This document shows, piece after piece, positions 59,741-64,000 of a stretch of DNA of 64,000 bases (position 1 is its first letter; the number at the start of each line of letters is the position of its first letter). The translations under genes and the position numbers were made by a program. The DNA lies in assembly GCA_043228905.1 (NCBI GenBank), contig JBHGNT010000022.1:5704001-5768000 (forward strand), given 5' to 3'. The notes beneath the pieces are model-generated. The model searched no databases, was not told the origin of the DNA, and worked only from the letters and a program-made list of their open reading frames with translations. This DNA comes from Azolla caroliniana (lineage: Eukaryota; Plantae; Polypodiophyta).

Positions 59741-59986
59741 CGCATTAGTCATTCCCCGAGAAAGCTTATAGAGATGTATATGTGCCGCACTTGCATCATA
59801 TATGCCTGTGTTTGCTCCATTCATATTTGTAACTGGCATTATCCTGAAGATATTTATAGTATGCCCATGAATAGAGGCAGTGACTAATAAGGTTCCGGTG
59901 GGATTAAAGCATAGTGCAGAAAGAGGGCTTGTGTGTGCTCTAAATTGAGAGATCACAGCTTTCGTAACAAAATCACGGACAATCAC
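59741..59986 (-). CDS. ATG18: ATG18f/g/h-like gene, exon (WD40, lipid-binding motif)
   Basis: TAG|VIVRDF...QFRAHTSPLSALCFNPTGTLLVTASIHG...HLYKLSRGMTNA|GT; 246 nt. Confidence 0.93.
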
Positions 59987-60074
59987 CTAATGCAAATGAA
60001 ATTGATAAATCAACACTTAGACTTCTACAGTGGCATATACTGTCAAAACGAAAACAAAAGGCTGCACCACTCAC

Positions 60075-60485
60075 TGTTCCAGCATGTTCAGGATAACCAT
60101 TCGAGGTTCCTTTTAGAAACGAACTTCCCTGGACTGGTGATCCAGAACCGTCTGAATAGTACCTTGATATTGCTTTATACCCAAGATCACCCAATGTCAC
60201 AATTCCGGCTGCAATTTGTTTACTTGATTCCTTTGCATAATGTGTAACCAAACTGGCATTAGCAGGAGAAGTGGATGGACTAACACCAGGAGAAGGGGAG
60301 AGATGTTGGGGTGAAACACGTCCAGTATTAGAGACAAGAGGTTGGTTCGCAGCATAAGCCAGCCATCTTGGTCCAACAGCCATAGCACCATACCCAAAAT
60401 TTAGGGTATTTGATCCAGGTTGAGGTAAAGGGTATGTCAGCACACTGAATGTACTCTGTAGTGTTTCAGCATCAAAACAATATAG
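60075..60485 (-). CDS. ATG18: ATG18f/g/h-like gene, exon
   Basis: CAG|LYCFDAETLQ...GYGAMAVGPRWLAYA...AKESSKQIAAGIVTLGD...HAGT|GTGAGT; 411 nt. Confidence 0.93.
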
Positions 60486-60573
60486 CTGCAAGGAAAATAC
60501 AATAAGAACACAATAGTAGAGAAAATAATTATGCAACTCCATCGGAAATGTTTAGAAATTCAAAAAAACATAC

Positions 60574-61038
60574 TTGAGCAGCAAGTGCAACAGCAACAAT
60601 TCTGGGACTGCAACGAACCGCATATATAGCAGTGCGAAACCTTAAAGTATGTACATATGTATGGTTTCTTAAAGAGTAGAATTTGACTAGAGTAGGAATG
60701 AATGGATTCTCGACAAGAGAAGGGGAGCTTCCTACAACTGGACTACATCCATTTGATAATCCACTATGAACTCCACTGCTCCTACAAGGTGTAGAATCTG
60801 TGGTTACAACTAGCAATAAGGGCCGAGCAGCCTTTAACATTCCATCACATGTTTCTGGAAAGGGCTGTGGTTGGACCCTTAAGAAAGCAACTGGACCATC
60901 TCGTTTAGAAACAAGCTCCCACACATCATTTGCATCTTCTACATCCCAAACTTGAAATCCATTTAGATACGTTAATAGTAGAACACGCCGAATGTCTGCT
61001 CGTCCTAATTCTATTCTATCAAATCCTGCCCATTGCAC
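60574..61038 (-). CDS. ATG18: ATG18f/g/h-like gene, most 5' exon visible (start exon outside the window)
   Basis: CAG|VQWAGFD...GFQVWDVEDA...VSKRDGPV...VRCSPRIVAVALAAQ|GTATGT; 465 nt. Confidence 0.93.
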
Positions 61039-61315
61039 CTGCAAACACAGAGACAAAACATCTGCAGGATTTGAAAAAGTTGCTTTATGGTTCTAAAAAA
61101 ATGGATTTAACAATAGTGACTGCATTATTCGACCCATTAATAGTAGATGAGTTAGGGAAATCTTTAAATATTTGTACTTCAAAACTTTCACATGAATTTC
61201 TTCCTTCCATTTGCATTTTGGCAAACTAAAGAATTTGCTTTTCCAGTAATTCTACTGTTTCTGTATATTTTTATTGCCTAAACATATTCAGCCTCAACAT
61301 GAGGCATCAATATTT

Positions 61316-64000
61316 TGATAGGAATTTATCCCTCCTATGGAAGAAGTCGACAATCAAAATCAAGCAAGAAGTCGGCAGTCGAATCGACAAGCAAATACAG
61401 GATGGTCGGTCGGATCGACCAGCGAGTCGAGGGGTGTTGACTGCTTTGAAGGAGATAGAGAGTCGACTATGACAGTCGACTGCATTGGATGGATGCACCA
61501 AGTCGAAGACAAGGCCGACAAGTCAAGCCAATTTATTATTATTATTAAGTATATAATAACAATAACATATCACTCCTATAAATGGGAATAGCTAGGGCAA
61601 ACTTATGTAGTAGTGAACAGAAGCATGCGTAGCAGAGAGTAGGAAGAGATGCGAGAGTGCACGTGAAAGAGACAGGCATAGTTTAGTGGAACTAGCCAAA
61701 ACCCTAAGTGGATATTCTCTGATTTACAGAGATTTGTAATCTTTTCCCTTCTCTGTACCTCTGTTTTATAGTGGAAGATCTGTTGCCCGTGGTTTTCCCC
61801 TGTTTTAGGGTTTCCACGTAAAAACCTGTGTACCGTGTATTCTTGTTTTCTGTTTTGTACATTTTCAGCCTATCTTTCTCGTCCATCTACGGTCTTAGCA
61901 TAACAAACTAGTATCAGAGCTTGAGGTGCAAGAATGGAAGGAGGTGTGAACATCTTCCCAGGTATGATAGTCCTGAACTCGCACAACTACTCGGACTGGA
62001 AGATCTTCTGATAGTCAAAGATCTGTACGAACCCATAGACAGAAGTGAAATACCCACAGGGGTATTGGAGTCTGATTGGAAACTCCTAAACAGGAAAGCA
62101 GTGGCCACCATCAGACAATGTGTAGACATGAGTATCCTACATCACATGGCTAACGACACAAACGCCTATGAAATGTACCACAAACTATCAGGGTTGTATG
62201 AGAGGAAGAATGCCCTCAACAAAACCTCTATGATGAGAAAGATCATGAGACTGAAGTACAGAGATGGAGAAAGCATTGTGGTACACATTAACACCTTCAT
62301 GGGGTTGGTGAATCAACTTGCAGCAGCAAAGTTTCCATTAGATGATGCTATGCAAGCCTTGTTACTACTATGTACCCTGCCGGATAGCTAGGAGAAGCTA
62401 GTGGTGTCTCTCAGTACCGCGTGCCAAGAAAAAAACTTATCCTTACAAGTGGTAAAGACAAGTACCCTAAACGTGGAGACAAGAAGGAAGGACAAGGGTG
62501 TCTTGTCCCAATAGGAGGCAAATGTGACAACATTCAGGCAGAGGAAGAAGCAAGCAGAGAAGTCCACAGAGGAGAGACAAGTCTCATGCCAAGTCCAAGT
62601 CCAGAGGAAAGCTCACATGCTTCTACTGTGGAAAGCCTGGACATTTCCAGAAGGACTGTCGACACCTTAAAAAAGACAACGGTGTTTCAAACAATATCGA
62701 ACCCAGAAAGATTGCTGAGGGAAGGGCATTTCAGCCGTGGCTACAAGTGAAGAAGACCTTTTGTTCATTTGCAAGCAAGCGAGTGTAAACCTCGCAAATA
62801 AGAGTGCACTTGGGTGATAGACTCTGCTGCATCGTTCCATATAACTCCCTCGAGAGAATGTTTTTCGTCTTACACAGCCGGTGACTATGGCTGTGTAAAG
62901 ATGGGAGATAATGGAGCATGCACGATAGCCAGCATTGGAAGTGTATGTCTAACAACATCAACAGGTTGTAGACTGATCCTACGGGATTTTCGACATGTGC
63001 CCGATATGAGGCTGAATCTGATATCGACTAGAAGATTGGACGATGAAGGCTACAGTGGTAGTTTTCAAAATGGTACATGGAAGTTTTACAAGGGAAGTCT
63101 CATAGTGGCTCGAGCACAAAAACAAGGTACATTGTATGTGATGCATGCCAAGCTGTGCAAAGATGAGGCGAATGTGACAACCGACTCATAGGGGGAGTTA
63201 TAGCATAAGAGGCTTAGTCACATGAGCGAGAGAGGCATGCACATCCTAACCGACCAGAAACTTCTTCCGGAAGTAAAACGAGTGCACTTGGAGAGATGTA
63301 TTGACTGCCTGGTCGGAAAGCAAAATAGAGTTGTGTTCCACTCAAGACCACCAAAGAGAAGAGAAGTTGCATTGGAACTTGTACACACAAACTTGTGCTA
63401 CGTGAATGCTCCATCGCATCGTGGTGGACAATACTTCGTAACGTTCATTGACGACTACAGTCGAAAGTTGTGGGCTTTCGTACTAAAGTCGAAAGATCAA
63501 GTATTGTCGTTCTTCAAAGAGTTCCAGGCCAGAGCTGAAAGAGAGTTGGGTCGGAAGCCGAAGGCTATCCAAACTGACAATGGTGGCGAGTACAGAGGAC
63601 AGTTCAAAGAGTATTGGAAGTCCCAAGGTATTCAACTCCAATAACCAATGCCTAAGACCCCTGAGCTGAATGGGCTTCTAGAGAGGATGAATCGAACTAT
63701 CATGGAAAGAGTGAGGAGCATGTTGTCGCATGCAAGTTGCCGAAATCGTGTTGGGCTGAGGCAATGTACATGGTTGTTTATCTGATCAACGGGTCTCCCT
63801 CAATGCCCCTGAAAGGTGATGTCCCACAGAGGGTGTGGACAGCTAAAGATGTCTCCTATCAACACTTGAAGGTGTTCGAATGTCTGGCATATATGCATGT
63901 ACCAAAGGATCAGAGGTCGAAACTCGACAGCAAGTCGAAACCATGCATATTCCTGGGATACTCGGAGGATGAATTCAGCTACATGCTGTGGGATTTACAC
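61316..64000 (+). mobile_element. Degenerate Copia family B element in an ATG18 intron (antisense), runs off the window
   Basis: LTR 61316-61905; PBS TAGTATCAGAGC at 61909; gag EDLLIVKDLYEPID; protease IDSAASFH; integrase LELVHTN..FIDDYSRK..TDNGGEY; several stops. Confidence 0.9.

Overview
Eukaryotic plant DNA, most likely a non-seed land plant (inferred from the retroelement types; species not determined). About 1-46.1 kb is a dense nest of LTR retrotransposons. It holds at least four Ty1/Copia families (my labels A-D), an old non-chromovirus Ty3/Gypsy (Z), and a distinctive Gypsy group with 4-bp TSDs, TGTCG...CGACA termini and a GGTGGGGGCG(G/A)A PPT. That group occurs as pol-bearing copies (Y) and gag-only, repeat-filled non-autonomous copies (X). 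Matching TSDs resolve three nested insertions inside a Copia B that is itself inserted in a Copia A. Two near-identical Copia D copies are fused in inverted orientation beside a redundant 100-N gap. About 46-50 kb is AT-rich intergenic DNA. About 50.4-61.0 kb carries at least seven minus-strand exons of an ATG18f/g/h-type (PROPPIN/BCAS3) autophagy gene, whose introns hold an RT-less LINE, an old Copia remnant and a Copia B running off the window end. I cannot confirm a wholly new system from sequence alone. The best leads are the 4-bp-TSD Gypsy Y/X pair with a repeated hairpin module, the RT-deleted LINE with a 36-bp flanking duplication, and the inverted Copia D junction. All boundaries and counts were read by eye.
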